Assembly (NCBI RefSeq): GCF_009914755.1
Contig: NC_060929.1
DNA length: 64,000 bases
Origin: the human T2T-CHM13v2.0 reference genome, Homo sapiens
Direction: 5' to 3' (one strand)
Of this stretch, positions 26,153-40,321 are shown in pieces. The stretch's first letter is position 1, and each line of letters begins with the position of its first letter. The notes beneath the pieces are model-generated. The model was not told the DNA's origin. It did no database searches and was given only the letters and a program-made list of their open reading frames with translations. Position numbers and translations under genes: made by a program.

Positions 26153-28149
26153 AGTTAAGTTACTAATTTGGAAACAAAATATATTAGGAAGTGAGAATCA
26201 TTCATCCCATAATTTTTGAAAGAGAAAATAATATATTTTAACATTTATCTATGCTTACTCTATGCAATACCTTGTTCTACCAAATTTTTAGAATTCACTT
26301 TTAGCTATCCATACTTTTCTAAGAATGGAAACATGTCTGCCATATTTTACACTAGAGAGTTACTGAACCTTGAAATTTTCACAACAGAAACAATGTCTTT
26401 TGCTTTCCCTTAGACAATTCAGCTGCTTCTTTTCAATACAATCTGGTCATTACACTTTTTAAGAACCACAGAAATATCCCCTCAGGGATTTTTTTCCCTT
26501 TCTTTCTTCACTCCAGCACTTTCTAATCTCAGGGGAAAGGACGGTGAATGTTTTCTACGTACATTTTCCATACTGTACAAATTCCCTGTATTTTCTTCCA
26601 ATGGACACAACCTGTCTCCTTTCCTTTTATTAATTCCCCCATTGCAAAATGAAAACTTTTTTTAAAAAAGTTGAGTATTAGGTTTTTTAATTTGTTATTT
26701 TTCATGAAACAAATTAAACATTTTAACTACTCAGATAATATAGAAATTAAATAGAATGATGAAGGAATATAATAAATGACTATATGCTGAAAAATTCATA
26801 TGTAGATAAAATAGCAATATTTCTGAAAAAGTTTACATCAGAAAAAAATAGAGAATTTGAAAATACAGTGTTAAAGAATGAAAGATGAAGATAAATTCTT
26901 TAATTTTAAAATTATCACAAATTAATGTAACCAGAATAATTATTTAATTTTATATTATATTAATTTGAAACTGAATATTTAGTACTTACACTTGTGAAAT
27001 TACTATAAAGGCATTTGATATAATATGAAAATATTTTTCTATGAGTCCATCTTATTTACGAATATTATTTATGCTAGATACAGTGGGCATTTAGCAAGCT
27101 TCTTGGAAATTTTGAATGGTAAGACAAGATGCTGAGCACTAATTCAAAGACAAAGAGAAATTAGCAACTTTCTAAACTTGGGGTCATTAAACCCAGTGAG
27201 ATCATTACTTTTTAAATAACAGAGTAGGTGAATAAATATATAGATAAATAATTTAAATATATAAATAATTTAAATATATAGATACATAATTTAAAACTTT
27301 TTCTCTTCTTTTGAATTTTTCACATAAGTTCTACACGTTACATGGATAATACAGCATGTAAACCCTAAAAGCTTTGATTCACTTTTTGTACCTTATGCCC
27401 AAAAGCTGTTATTTTATTCATGGCAACTCAAAAGGACTGTAAAAACCATACGAGTTAAGTCACACAATTGTCTGCATCTCTTGTCCAAATTCATTGATTA
27501 AAAGCCAACTGGTAATTTATCCCAACGTGTTAGGAAATGATCATTCTGTTCCTTGTTTTGTGGCTGTAATGGCTTTATAGCTATTCATAAGACTCCAGAG
27601 AATAAACATTTAATAAATTTTCATTCTCACCTCCTAATGTTTATACTTGGGTAGTAATAAGAGGAAGATTATTTTTCTTTCATTTCTAAAAGTTATATTT
27701 TAACTGTATACGGCAATAGAGTGAGATTATTAAAATAACACATGAAATGTAAAAACTATACAAATGGTACTAGTAGCCAAATTAATCCTGCAAAAAGGAA
27801 AACATTGCAGAAAACCCAAAAGGAAATTTAAAGTTTTAATGCTAGAACTTACAGCTTCCACTTCAAGTTGTCTTAATGAATAATGAGGGTAATAAAATGA
27901 CCCTTAATATACTCAGTGAGTTTTCATCAATCACCTCTTAAAATGTCTGTAACAACAAATTGCTAGCTTATTTCTGATAGCAAATTGTTGTTTGAAGGAT
28001 CAGGTACACACTGATAGAATTTTAAAACCAACATAACTGTGAGTTACTCCATATAGAAGAGGTAGATCATGAGTCATGAGTCTTGTGTACAGACAACATC
28101 GATGCAGTTGGGAAAATGAGGTTGAGTAAGGTGATTGATCCGGCAAAGG

Positions 28150-28530
28150 AAGCTTCTATATCTGGATGAGTTATATCCTGAGTTGTGTGAAAAATTTACA
28201 GAAGGAGCTCATTAAAACTAAATCAATCTTTAAAAATGTCAAGGAGATGAGAATAATGTCAGAAGACAAAAGAAAGACCAATAAGGTAAGACTTTCTAAA
28301 TGATGTAAACGATGGATATTTGACAGTGACCTTCCCCCAAAAAATACTATGATAGATTCTCCAACTGATGATCTAAAAATTTAGTAAAAAACCCACTCAC
28401 TTTTCACTAGGAGCACATACCAATTTACTAAAAGCAAATCATTTCCAGTAACTTTATTTTCTCTTTTGTTGAGTTTGTCTCAAAAGCAGAGATTGATTAG
28501 TAGGTTTCATTTGAATCTTTGGACTCAGTA
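28150..28530 (+). mobile_element. CR1/L3 RT-region fossil
   Basis: 'ggatgagttatatcctgag...atctttaaaaatgtcaaggagatg...gtcagaagac' and 'cactaggagc...tttactaaaagcaaatcat...aactttattttc' follow recalled L3/CR1 order; highly diverged. Confidence 0.45.
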
Positions 28531-30046
28531 AATTAGGGGAAAGAAGACAAGATTACTTACCAGAATATGCTGAGCAGAATGAAGTAAGACATTTTTTGCA
28601 ATAAAGATCATATATTCGTACTGTTTGAGAAATAAGATGCAGGATTTCATAAAGTCATGTCTGAGATCACAAGTTACTCTTCACAGAATTCTGTAGTTTA
28701 GCAACATGGAGTTGAAGAAGTGAAACATTTTTCTGTGGTGTGTAGATGAGGTAGCATAGATGCTATTTTGATTCCATTGAAATCAACATTCTGAAAAACT
28801 GGCCCATAAAGTCCCATTCCTGATACAATTTTAAGCTAGCTTGCCTTTTTTTAAAATGAGAATTTATATAGTTATACATTTTAATAAGTTTAAATCAAAT
28901 GTTCGTTAACATTTACAATGAGTTAATTTAATTTGAAAATAGTTTTAGGAGCCATCATGCTCTCATAAATATTTTTATCTCTAAATATTTTTAGATATTT
29001 TTAGATATTTTATCTCTAAATATTTTTAGATGATTTTTGCTGTTTTCTACCAGTTCTAACTTTGCTAGAAGCTTGAAATGATCAAAAATATTTTTGTGAA
29101 ATTTATATACCAATTTCTCCTTGGTCTTCACCCCAGAAGAAATTATAGACTTTAGGGACCTTTAGGGTATTGCAAAAGGTCAAAAACTCTATAAAAATGC
29201 GAAGGTTTAATTAATGGAGATGATGAAGAGCAGACAAGGCTTGATGGCTGGTAAGAAAATATGTGGAAAATTGTGCTTCAGATTACAGCAAATAAAGCAA
29301 AACATTTACACAAACCAGCCCTAATTTGATCTGTATCTGAAACATAATGTCATCCTTTTGATTTTTACTTGCTTGGTTAAATTTCGTTAAACAAAATATA
29401 TAAGCATCAGTAATTTCCTGAGAAGCACTGTCATTTGAGAAAAGTGTAACTATAAAAGGACTAAAAAATGCTCAGTAATTAAGCCCAAGCTGATTACATT
29501 GAAGTAAATTTGTTAAGTCCTCTCACCTTTAAATTACATAGTAAGCATATCAAATAAATCCCTGTACACAAATCAAGTTTTTATATTTTATTTTTGTAAA
29601 AAGGGTATTTATTCCATTGACTCAAATTTAACAACTTACAAAAACAACAAAAATGCTAGACATTAACCAAATTTAATTTGAACCTTATCTCTCTAAGTCG
29701 TTGTCAAAGAATATGAATCCAAGGAGTAATTAGCATATGTGCCTAATATCCTTACCTGTTGCTTTGGCTGTAATTAAAATGCACAGTAAGAAATAGGGTT
29801 GGGCTCACTTTTTTGATCTATAAGACTCTGAAAATGTCAAGAGGCGAAGCCTGAGTTTCCTTTGCCTTTTGTCTGCTTGTGGTGAGATAGGATAACTATC
29901 CCTCTGGTTTTCCATCTGGTATAAGCTGATCATTAGGGAGAATACAGGGCAATTTGAAGCAGCTGTTAGAAGTAAAGCTAGAGAGTGATAAAAAATTTCT
30001 AACTACTGGACTAAAGGATCATAGTTCCTTATAATGTCCCTTTAAG

Positions 30047-30321
30047 CAGCGATCCCCAACCTTTTGGGATCCAGGGACTGGTTTCATGGGAGACAATGTT
30101 TCCATGCATGGGGTCGGGGGTGGAGGTGGGGTAGGGGAGATAGAGAGTTCCACAATAGGTTTCATGCTCCTATGAGACTCTAACGACCCTGGCTGTTCTA
30201 ACAGGAGACGGAGGTTAGGTGTTAATGCTCCCTCCCAGGCCACTCACCTCCTGCTGTGCATCCCTGATCCTAACAGGCCACAGACTGTTACTGATCTGTG
30301 GACCGGGGTTGGGGACCCCTA
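30047..30321 (-). mobile_element. MER1B (hAT-Charlie non-autonomous DNA transposon)
   Basis: TIRs cagcgatccccaac / gttggggaccccta; 8-bp TSD cctttaag / ccttaaag. Confidence 0.92.
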
Positions 30322-30679
30322 CCTTAAAGGGCCAAATAGCTTTGTCCTGGTAAACAACCTATAAGGAGGTAACATGTGCTTCCTAAAGTCATGGTTGCTG
30401 TCTTAAAAGACATGGATGAGAAGAGTTAAGAGGAGGGCTGGAAAATGGCAGAAAATACAACTGTATCAAAAATAAGAAATGAGCAATTCTATGAGGAATA
30501 TGATTCTTTTTCACCTTAACCGAAGTGACACTATTTGATTACTTTCTTTTTTTCCAATCACTCATTATTTTCTTTCTAATCACTCCTATCATTGTCTTAC
30601 ATTTATATTTATTCTTTGCTTTTATCTTTTCCAGTTTTGGTCCTTGGATAGCTTGTTTCACTTCACTTTCTTTTCCTAT

Positions 30680-33600
30680 GGAATCTCACTCTGCACATCT
30701 TTTCCTATCTAGCATTCCTCCTCAAATCTTGAAATTCTTCTCCTTTGCTTCTGTAGATGCAGAGCATCATTTACAGAACCCCTCAACCTGTGCTTTGAAC
30801 ATTCATCTCACCTTCTTGCTCTACAGGAAATCTGGCTTTGCCCTGAGAACACTGCTTCCTCTGGGACCCTCCAAAAAGTATTTATTTTCTGTAATAACAC
30901 TGGGCCCTAGGGATAAGGTATTTCCTCATTTCCACTTTTATAACATTCACTTTCCCCTTTCAACAGAAACCCTTATGTCATAAGTGTATCCCCACTCTCT
31001 GATTATTGCTACACTCTACTGAACCCCAAGTCATATCCCTCATTTCTGAGGAATGTCATTGTCATTATTTTTTCCAAATTCAATATATGTACAAGTGAGT
31101 TAGTCTTAAGCACTCTGACCTCTCAAGTGCTTGAACTTCTCTTCCTTAAAGATCTTATATGGCTCATTAATTTATCCACTCACTCCTTCTGTCATACTCC
31201 AAATTTTGTTATTAGCACCACCCATACCTTTTTGAAATGCAATTCCCTGCATCCCACCCTCTGACAGCCCCTCCTATCTACCCAGGTCCCTCACTCTAGT
31301 ACTTTTCCTACTCTCCTCTAGCTGAAATTCTATTGTCTATCTTCTTTATTCCCTTGTATATACTCTTTCCCTTGCCCATCTGTACTTCTGTGGTAATCTC
31401 TTGGCAAAACTAAAATCCTGGTTAAATCTGTCTTCCATCTATTCCGTGCCTGTATCTGTGCAGCTGAATAAAATGAAGAAAAAAATCCCCAGTAATACTA
31501 TTAACTCTTTAATGTGATGGCTACTCATACAAAGTTGGCTCTAATTGCTCTTGGTAATCACACTACACTTCAGGAGTCCATGCATTCACCTACTTTCTTA
31601 GGTGACTATGTCACACATCTTTTCTTCAAATCTCCGATAGCTCCTCTCCTAGCTTCACATTGCCCTGATAATTTAGCTTCTAATTTTATCAAGAAAATTG
31701 AATGATTCAGAAGAGAGCTTCAATAATCCTCTCAAAATATTCACCCACATTTCAGCATCTGAACTCACATATGCCTTACTTAATGTTACCCAGAAGAATA
31801 ACCATGAGCAGGTACCACCACTTTTACACTAGATCCCATCCCCATTGCCTCATCAAGAACATGCTGGCAATTCTAACCTTCCATTTCTACATCATTAATT
31901 TTCTCTCTACTGGCTAATTCCTCTGAACCTACAACCTACAAATTCTCCCTCACATCTCAAAAGAAAAATATCATCTCTCAACACCTTTTCCTGACTATCT
32001 ACCGTCCATTTTTGTGAAATCCTTTTCAGTAGAATTCTTCAGAAGAGTAATCTATATTCTCTGCATTTAATTCCTGTCCTTGATTTTCTTTTAGACTCAT
32101 GGCAGAAAGGCTTTTCCCCCTTACAGTTTAAAATAGGTACAAACTATTGATTTTTGTCCTAACACACTAGTCACTTCCTCAGTCTGCTTTGCTGGCTCTG
32201 CCTCTTTTCCTCGATATATAAATATTATGATGCCATAGAACTCATCTCTTGGACCCTCTTGTCTTATATATCCACATTAATTTCTTCAGTTTCTCATTCA
32301 GTTTCAAGGGATTATATCTCCCCAGCCCTTCCAAATTCCACATGCACATAACCAGCTGTTTACTGGACATATCCATATGAATGTCTAATAAATGCTGCAA
32401 ACCCAATATAGCTCAGATGTAATTCTTGGGCTAGACATTCCCATCTCAGTTGATAGCAACTCTATCTTCCAATTGCTGAGGTCAAAATCATTGCAGTCAT
32501 CTGTGACTCCTCCCTTTCTCTCATATCCCCCAAAAGCCTGGTGACTCAACTTTTGAAACATTCAGAATCTGACCATTACTCACCCCTCAACTGCTACCAC
32601 CTTGGCACAAGCTATTGTATCCTCTAACTTGAATTACTATAGTAGTTTCCAACTGTTGCCTTACTTTAACTCTTACCTCTTATTGTCTATTCTCAATGAA
32701 AGTCACTGTAAAAGTTTGAAGGTGTGAGTTGAACCATGATAGGACTCTGCTCAAATCCCTCTAATGTCTCCTTATTTTTATCTCAATAAAGACCATACTT
32801 CTTCAGGGGGGCTACAACTTTCTGTCTTCTGCCTGCTACCTCCTTCCTTCCTCACACACTCTCTCAACCGATCTCTCACACACTCTCTCACCCTATCTCT
32901 CACCGTATATCTCATCCTATCTCACCCTATCTCTCTCTCTTCCAGGGACATAAGCCTCTACTCTACTAACCTTTTTCCTTTGTAGCACATATCACCTACT
33001 AAAACACTATATTATTTGGTTATTTAATATGCTAATTCGCTTACTTAATATGCTTACTCACTTTGTAGATGCAGAACCTCAGAAAAGGATTCTACTGACA
33101 ATTGTGTTTTAGGGGGAAGTGGAGTAGGGAAGAAGGATAGAGAAAGGAGCAAAGCCAATAAAAGATATACTATCAAGCGAGGTACTACTATGGGCAACTG
33201 GAGATAATCCTAATATTCTCCAAGTGACGAAGAGTCCTCCAAAAAATGTATGCAAGCAAATAGCACAACCGGATTGTGCTCTTTAAATATAACTCTAAAA
33301 ACATTGTAAAGAAATACAGCTGAGAGACTCAAATTAACCAGCAGAATTGTTTTCAGGATATTTCAGATGTTATTGCTGTTTTCATACAAGAAATGACAAG
33401 TTCTAAACTAAAATATTTGCAATACAGCTGGAAAAGAGACTGATAGATAGCATAAATAATGCACATGAAAGGTATAAAGGAGATGGGGCACATTTTTGCC
33501 AGCTGTTTTACATTATTGTTTGTGGGCTTCTTTTGACAAGGCATAAGAGAGTCCTCAGAAAAAATATACAGATAGTTGGAAGTTAACAGTGATGGGAATT

Positions 33601-33810
33601 ATTAGTACTAAGGGACCATAGGCAGGGCACTAACAGAATTTTGTATGGTTTGACATAGCATTTGTGGCCCCAAATAAAATATAGGCTGCAAGAGAGCAGA
33701 AATGTTCATTTGATTAGTTCATAGATACATCCCAATTACCCAGAGCAGTCCTTGATGAAAAAGAGGTGCTGAGTAGGGATTTGCAAAATAAATAAATAAA
33801 TGAACTAATT
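30680..33810 (+). mobile_element. Long fragmented L2
   Basis: CT-rich L2 ORF2-derived sequence ('ttactggacatatccatatgaatgtctaat', 'cagaatctgaccattactcacc'); 3' end near 33740-33805; interrupted at ~33060-33650. Confidence 0.7.
33060..33650. mobile_element. Ancient ERVL LTR fragment (LTR33/LTR16-like), split by a ~300 bp insert
   Basis: 'agatgcagaacctcagaaaaggattc', 'gggcaactggag', 'gggcactaacag' resemble recalled ERVL LTRs. Confidence 0.35.
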
Positions 33811-33819
33811 TGCACTTGA

Positions 33820-34400
33820 ATTTGCCTACTACATACATGCAATGACTTTCTAGTCTATTTGTCTACCTCTTCTCTGATATCCTCATGAATATTTCTAAAA
33901 GCCTCCTGGATATGTCCAGTGGAGGTTCTATAGGCACTTCAAATACTGGATGTTGTGAAACACTCTTATCTACACATAATTCACATCAACCTTAGACTTG
34001 GCTCCTGCATTGCCATCCATGCTATTCTTAAGACCAGAAGTCATGGGGTCAGCTCAACTTCTTTCCTGTCATGAATCAATCAACAAATTTTACCACTAAG
34101 CTACTTTTTGCATGTGTGTTCTCTTTTCCATCCCCATTGCAAATATTTTAGGTTAGAATGTGGTCATTTCTTCCATGAAGAAATGAAATAATTCCTAAAA
34201 TACTCTGAGAAAAATTTTGCTTATTAATTGAGTCTCTCAACTGTGTATCTATTACAATGTTCTCAGAATTATATTTAAAGAGCACAATCTATTTGTGTCA
34301 TTTCCTTGCTTACAATTTTTGGATGACTCTTAGTTGTTTGGAGAATATATTTTAAACTCATTATTAAGGTATACAAGTCCTTTTCTTTCTGACCACAACC
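33820..34400 (+). mobile_element. L2 fragment
   Basis: 'gcctcctggatatgtccagtggaggttctataggcacttcaaa' L2 motif. Confidence 0.55.
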
Positions 34401-34849
34401 TTTCTCAGTTACTCCTCAGTTTCATTTATTTATCAGTGGATTTAACGAACATATGCTAGAGGTGCTATACGCTAGAGGTGCTGCTATGTGCCACACCCTG
34501 TGCTAAGTGCTATTACTTAAGAGTATCCTTCTTTTCTAGAGTGGGCCTAATGTTTACTCTTTAAAAATAAAAAAAAATATGACTTACCAAAGGATTTTCA
34601 CTATTTCTTTATTCATAGTAATAAACAGCATAACATTTTAACCATGTGATTGTTTCAAAGGGATCAAACCTTTTCTGTTCCCCTTTTTTACCTCTCAGGT
34701 GCAGAAATCATTGGTCATGGTGAGACTGGATCAAAGCAGCATTACCTCATTTGAAATGCATTTGATGACCAATTTCCCCTCTGTTTTTTTATAATAACAA
34801 TACAGCAACTAAGAATTAAATGTTCCATTTGTTAAAATATGTGCATTTT

Positions 34850-34982
34850 ATTTTATAATTTTTTTAAAGTTTTAATTTTTAATTTCCCTGTATATATTAT
34901 AGTTGTACATATTTATGGGGTACATGTGAACTTTTGATACAAGCATGCAATGTGTAATGATCAAATCAAGGTAACTGGGATT
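34850..34982 (-). mobile_element. L1MA 3' end fragment
   Basis: 'ttgtacatatttatggggtacatgtg...ttttgatacaagcatgcaatgtgtaatgatcaaatca'. Confidence 0.8.
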
Positions 34983-36249
34983 TTGTTTTTGTGAAATCAT
35001 ATAGATCTTAATTCAATTATCTAAAAACAGTAAAGAGTAATAATTTTCTAATCCTATTTCCATGGGAGAGAAAAGTATTTTTAATTCTATGTTTATATAT
35101 ATTTGTATCTTTCCAAAGCCTCTCAGTTTTCATTTTTGACTTCTTATCCCTAATATTTTGAAGAAATATAGTCTCTTTTGTTTTTATATTATACATTTAT
35201 AAAACTATACATTTTACTGGATTGATAGATTTGCATGTTAAGAGGTGGTCCTACATATATGATGATGAGAATTCTCTCTCTCACCCATTTCTGTTTAGTA
35301 CAAATGATTCATTCGGCCTTTTAGGTACTGATTTCAGAAATGAATTGTGCACTTGGGTGCAGCAACCTTATTTTAACCCAAGATCATAGGTATATCCCCA
35401 CACTGCAACAAACACCCCTCCTTTTATTTTCTGCAGCTACTACACCTCAAGATCTCATTTATTATCACATCAGCACATAGGAACACCCTTTTGTAAAGGG
35501 TAGTAAACAATCTTATCTTTGCATTAACCTATAATGTAACCCCTTTACCTCCTCTTAGTTCACAGTAAACTTTCTTCTTTAACTCAGGTGGAAAAACAAA
35601 TATATTGACACATATAGTTCTTGAAAATATTTATGCCTAGGAATGTACTGTAGCTATCTTTGCCCACTAATATGCAAAGTTTACACTGGAGAATTCACAT
35701 TGTAGGTAATTGTGTAAACATATATTCACAAATATATATTTCTATATATTTTTTAATAAACATATATACATATCCATAGTATATTCTTGCCAGGGAAAAT
35801 TAGGAAATGCCTGCTTTCTTTAAGTTTGTCTTAGTGAAGGTTTATGATTTGTCATGCATCTGGAAAATCATATATGTTATTGAAATTTTTCCCTTTGTTT
35901 CATTATATAAATAATATAAATATGCCTCACTGTTTCCTTTTCCCAATTTCAATCAATATCCAGAATTTTCCAGTTTTACTCATCATTCTGTCCCTTTATG
36001 CATTTTCTTCATTAGCCTCAGTTCATGAAATATCTTCAAATAACATTTCTGATGGAAAATACTCCAAGACAAACAGAAAATATGTTTATGTATCCCAACT
36101 GTGATCAAATGCACCAGGCAAATCTGTCAATTCTCAATGGGCTTCAGCAACACAAAAACTCATAATATATGTGTGTCCTAAAAAGGGCACATCATGTTTC
36201 TAGCTATATTCCTGTGTGTTGCCAACCTTGCAAATTATTAGGTGCTTTT

Positions 36250-38236
36250 TTTTTTAAACATTATTACTTTTTGAAATGTTTAAAAACTTTTATTTAGGTT
36301 CAGAGATACATGTGCAGGTTTGTTATACAGGTAAACTCATGTTACAGGGGTTTGTTGTACAGATTATTTCATCACCCAGTTATTAAGCATAGTACCCTAC
36401 AGTTATTTTTTCTGATCCTTTCCCTTTTCCCACCTTTCACCCTCAAGTAGGTGCCAGTGTCTGTTGTTCCCCTCTTTGTGTCCATGTGCTTCTATTATTT
36501 AGCTCCCACTTATAAGTGAGAACATGCACAGTATTTGTTTTTCTGTTCCTGCTCTAGTTTGCTAAAAATAATGGCTTACAGCTCCATCCATGTTCCTGCA
36601 AAGGACATGATCTCTTTGGTTTTTTTATGGCTGTATAGTATTCCCTGGTATATATGTACCACATTTTCTTTATCCATTCTGCCATTGATAGGCTTTGTAT
36701 CAGTTTGTTCTCACACTGCTAAAAGACATACCCTAGACTGAGGGATTTATAAAGAAAACAGGTTTAATTGACTCCCAGTTCTGCATGGTTGGCAAGGCTT
36801 CAGGAAACTTACAATCATGGTGGAAGGGGAAGCAGGTATGTCTTACATGGCAGCAGGAGAGAGTGTGTATATGTGTGTATATGAGTGCAGGAAAAACTAC
36901 CACTTATAAAACCATCAGATCTCATGAGAATTTACTCACTACCATGAGAACAGCATGGGGGAAACTGCCCCATAGTCTATTCACTTCCCACTTGGTCTCT
37001 TCCTCAACACCTGGGGATTATAATTAAAGATGAGATTTGGGTGGCAACACAAAGCTAAACCATGCCTTTCCACCCCTTGCCCCTCCCAAATCTTATGTTC
37101 TCACATTTCAAAACCAATAATACCTTCCCAACAGTCTCACAAAGTCTTAACTCATTTCAGCACTAACTTAAAAATCCGATTCCAAAATCTCATCTGAGAA
37201 AAGGCAAGTCCCTTCTGACTCTGAGCCTGTAAAATCAAAAGCAAGTTAGTTCCTTCCAAGATACAATGGGGTTACAGGCATTGGATAAATGTTGCCATTC
37301 CAAATGGGAGAAATTGGCCAAAACAAAGGGGCTACAGGCTCTATGCACGTACAAAATCAAGTGGGTTGATCATAAAATCTTAAAGCTCATAAATAATCTC
37401 CTTTGACTCCATGTCTCACATCTAGGTCATGCTGATGCAACAGGTGGGGTCCTCTGCCCCTGTGGCCTTGCAGGATACAGCCACCCTCCCTGCTGCTTTC
37501 ACAGGCTGGTGTTGAGTGTCTGTGGCTTTTCCAGGCACATGGTACAAGCTATCAGTGTATCTACTACTCTGGAGTCTGGTGGACAGTGGCCCTCTTCTCA
37601 CAGCTTCAGTAGGCAGTATCCCAGTGGAAACTCTGTGTGGGGGCTCCAACCCCACATTTCCCTTCTGCACTGCCCTAGCAGAGGTTCTTCATGAGCTCTC
37701 CACCCCTGTGGCAAACTTCTGCCTGAACATCCAGGTGTATCATACATCCTCTGAAATCTAAGTGGAGGTTCCCAAGCCATATCAAGCATTTAGATTGATT
37801 CCATGTTTTTGCTATTGTGAATAGTGCTACAATGAATGTATGCATGCATGTGTTTTTATAATAGAATGATTTCTATTCCTTTGGGTATATATCTAGTAAT
37901 GGGATTGCTGGGTCAGATGGTAGATTTGTTTTTAGCTCTTTGAGGAATCACCACACTACTTCCATAATAGTTGAACTAATTTACAATCCCACCAACAGTA
38001 TATAAACATTCTCTTTTCTCAACTTTGCTAGCATCTATTATTTTTTGACTTTTTGATAACAGTCATTCTGACTGGTGTGAGATGGTGTCTCATTGTGGTG
38101 TTGATTTGCAATTCTTTAATGATCAGTGATACTGAGTTTTTCATATGCTTGTTGGCCGCATGTATGTCTTCTTTTGAAAAGTATCTCCTTTTGTTTTTTT
38201 CTTGTAAATATGTTCAAATTCCTTGTACATGCTGGA
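36250..38236 (-). mobile_element. L1PA14-16-like 3' segment (antisense part of a twin-primed L1), split by THE1
   Basis: 3' UTR 'gtttgttgtacagattatttcatcacccag'; continues after 37785; switches strand at ~38236. Confidence 0.88.
36696..37784 (-). mobile_element. THE1C/D (or MSTA) LTR plus partial internal region
   Basis: LTR 36696-~37066 ('gaaacttacaatcatgg', 'gatgagatttgggtgg'); MaLR-int to ~37775; ends in 'ccatatca'; 5-bp flanks ggctt/agcat. Confidence 0.9.
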
Positions 38237-38953
<717 letters not shown>

Positions 38954-40321
38954 ATCATGGCAGATGGGAGGCAGGACTAGATTACAGCTCCCACTCAGAG
39001 CAGTGTGTGGAGGCTTGTATTGTGAACTTTTGCTCCAGAACTACTGCAGGAATGCATTAGGAAAGCCAAGAGAACCCACAGACGTCTGAAGGAAGCAGAT
39101 TGCTCCTGCAGGACTCAGGAGACACCCAAATACTGTGAGTGCCCAAACTGTGGAAGCTGGAAAAGAGGATTGTCTGCCTCAGAACACACCCCCACACTGG
39201 GGAACCCGAAGGTCTAGATTACAGGAGAAGATTCTTATCTTACCTGGAGTGAGTCAATTTAGAGACCTGAGAGGAATACATGGGTAGAGAAAGCAGCTGG
39301 AAGAGCCCTGTGGGCTTGCTGGGTCCCCAAGCAAGCTATTTCTACCCTGCCTCACAGGGGTCCTTGGAGAGGGCAGCCAGAGGTACTAGAAAAAGGCTTC
39401 CAGGAGAACGAAACCTCCAGCTGAACTTTGTTAACAATTTGAACCCATCGAGAAGTCTCCTGGCCAGAATTCAGGAGAGAGTTTGAATCCGGTGTGTAGA
39501 CTCCACAGGCAGGGGAAGAACAAAAGCCCTAATTGCTTTTGCAGCTAGGAGGTGGGTAGCCTGGGGCAAGTTCTCTTACCTGCTTGCTCACTGCCTGGAG
39601 AGGCACAGTGGGAGTGAGACAAGCCCTTTGGGTTACGTGGGAGCTAGGTGACTGCTGGCTTTCCCCCACTTCCTTGACAACCTGCATGACACAGTACAGG
39701 CAGCCATAATCCTCCTAGGAACATAATCGTATTGACCTGGGAACCTCACCCCCATCTCCCAAAGCAGCTGCAGCAAGACCAGCCCAAGGAGGGTCTGAGT
39801 TCAGACATGACTAGCCCTGCCCCCACCTAATGGTCCTTCCCTACCCACCCTGGTAACTGAGGACAAAGGGTATATACTCTTGGGAGCTCTAGAGCTGATG
39901 CTGTCTTGAACACGCCACCTCCTGGCAGGAGGCCAACCAGTGCAAAAATAGTGCATTAAGCAACCAAAGCCAAAGACCCTCACAGAGTCCATCTTACCTC
40001 CCTGCATTCTCCACTGGATCAGGGGCTGGTATCCATGGCTGAGAGACCCATAGACAGTTTACATCACAGGACTCTGTGCAGACCACTCCCAGTACCAGCC
40101 CTGAGTCTGGTAGACTTGCTGGGTGGCTAGATCCAGCAGAGAGATAACAATCACTATAGCTCAGCTCTCAGGAAGCCACATGCCTAGGAGAAGGGAAAGA
40201 GTACAACATCAAGGGAACACCCCATGGGACAAAAGAATCAGAACAACAGCCTTGAGCCCTAGACCTTGCCTCTGACAGATCCTACCCGAAAGAGAAGGAA
40301 CCAGAAAACCAACTCTAGTAA

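Noticed and set aside
30525-30983. 152-aa hydrophobic ORF as a membrane protein
   Set aside because: F/L/S richness comes from T/C-rich L2-derived sequence; GTG start; no motif.
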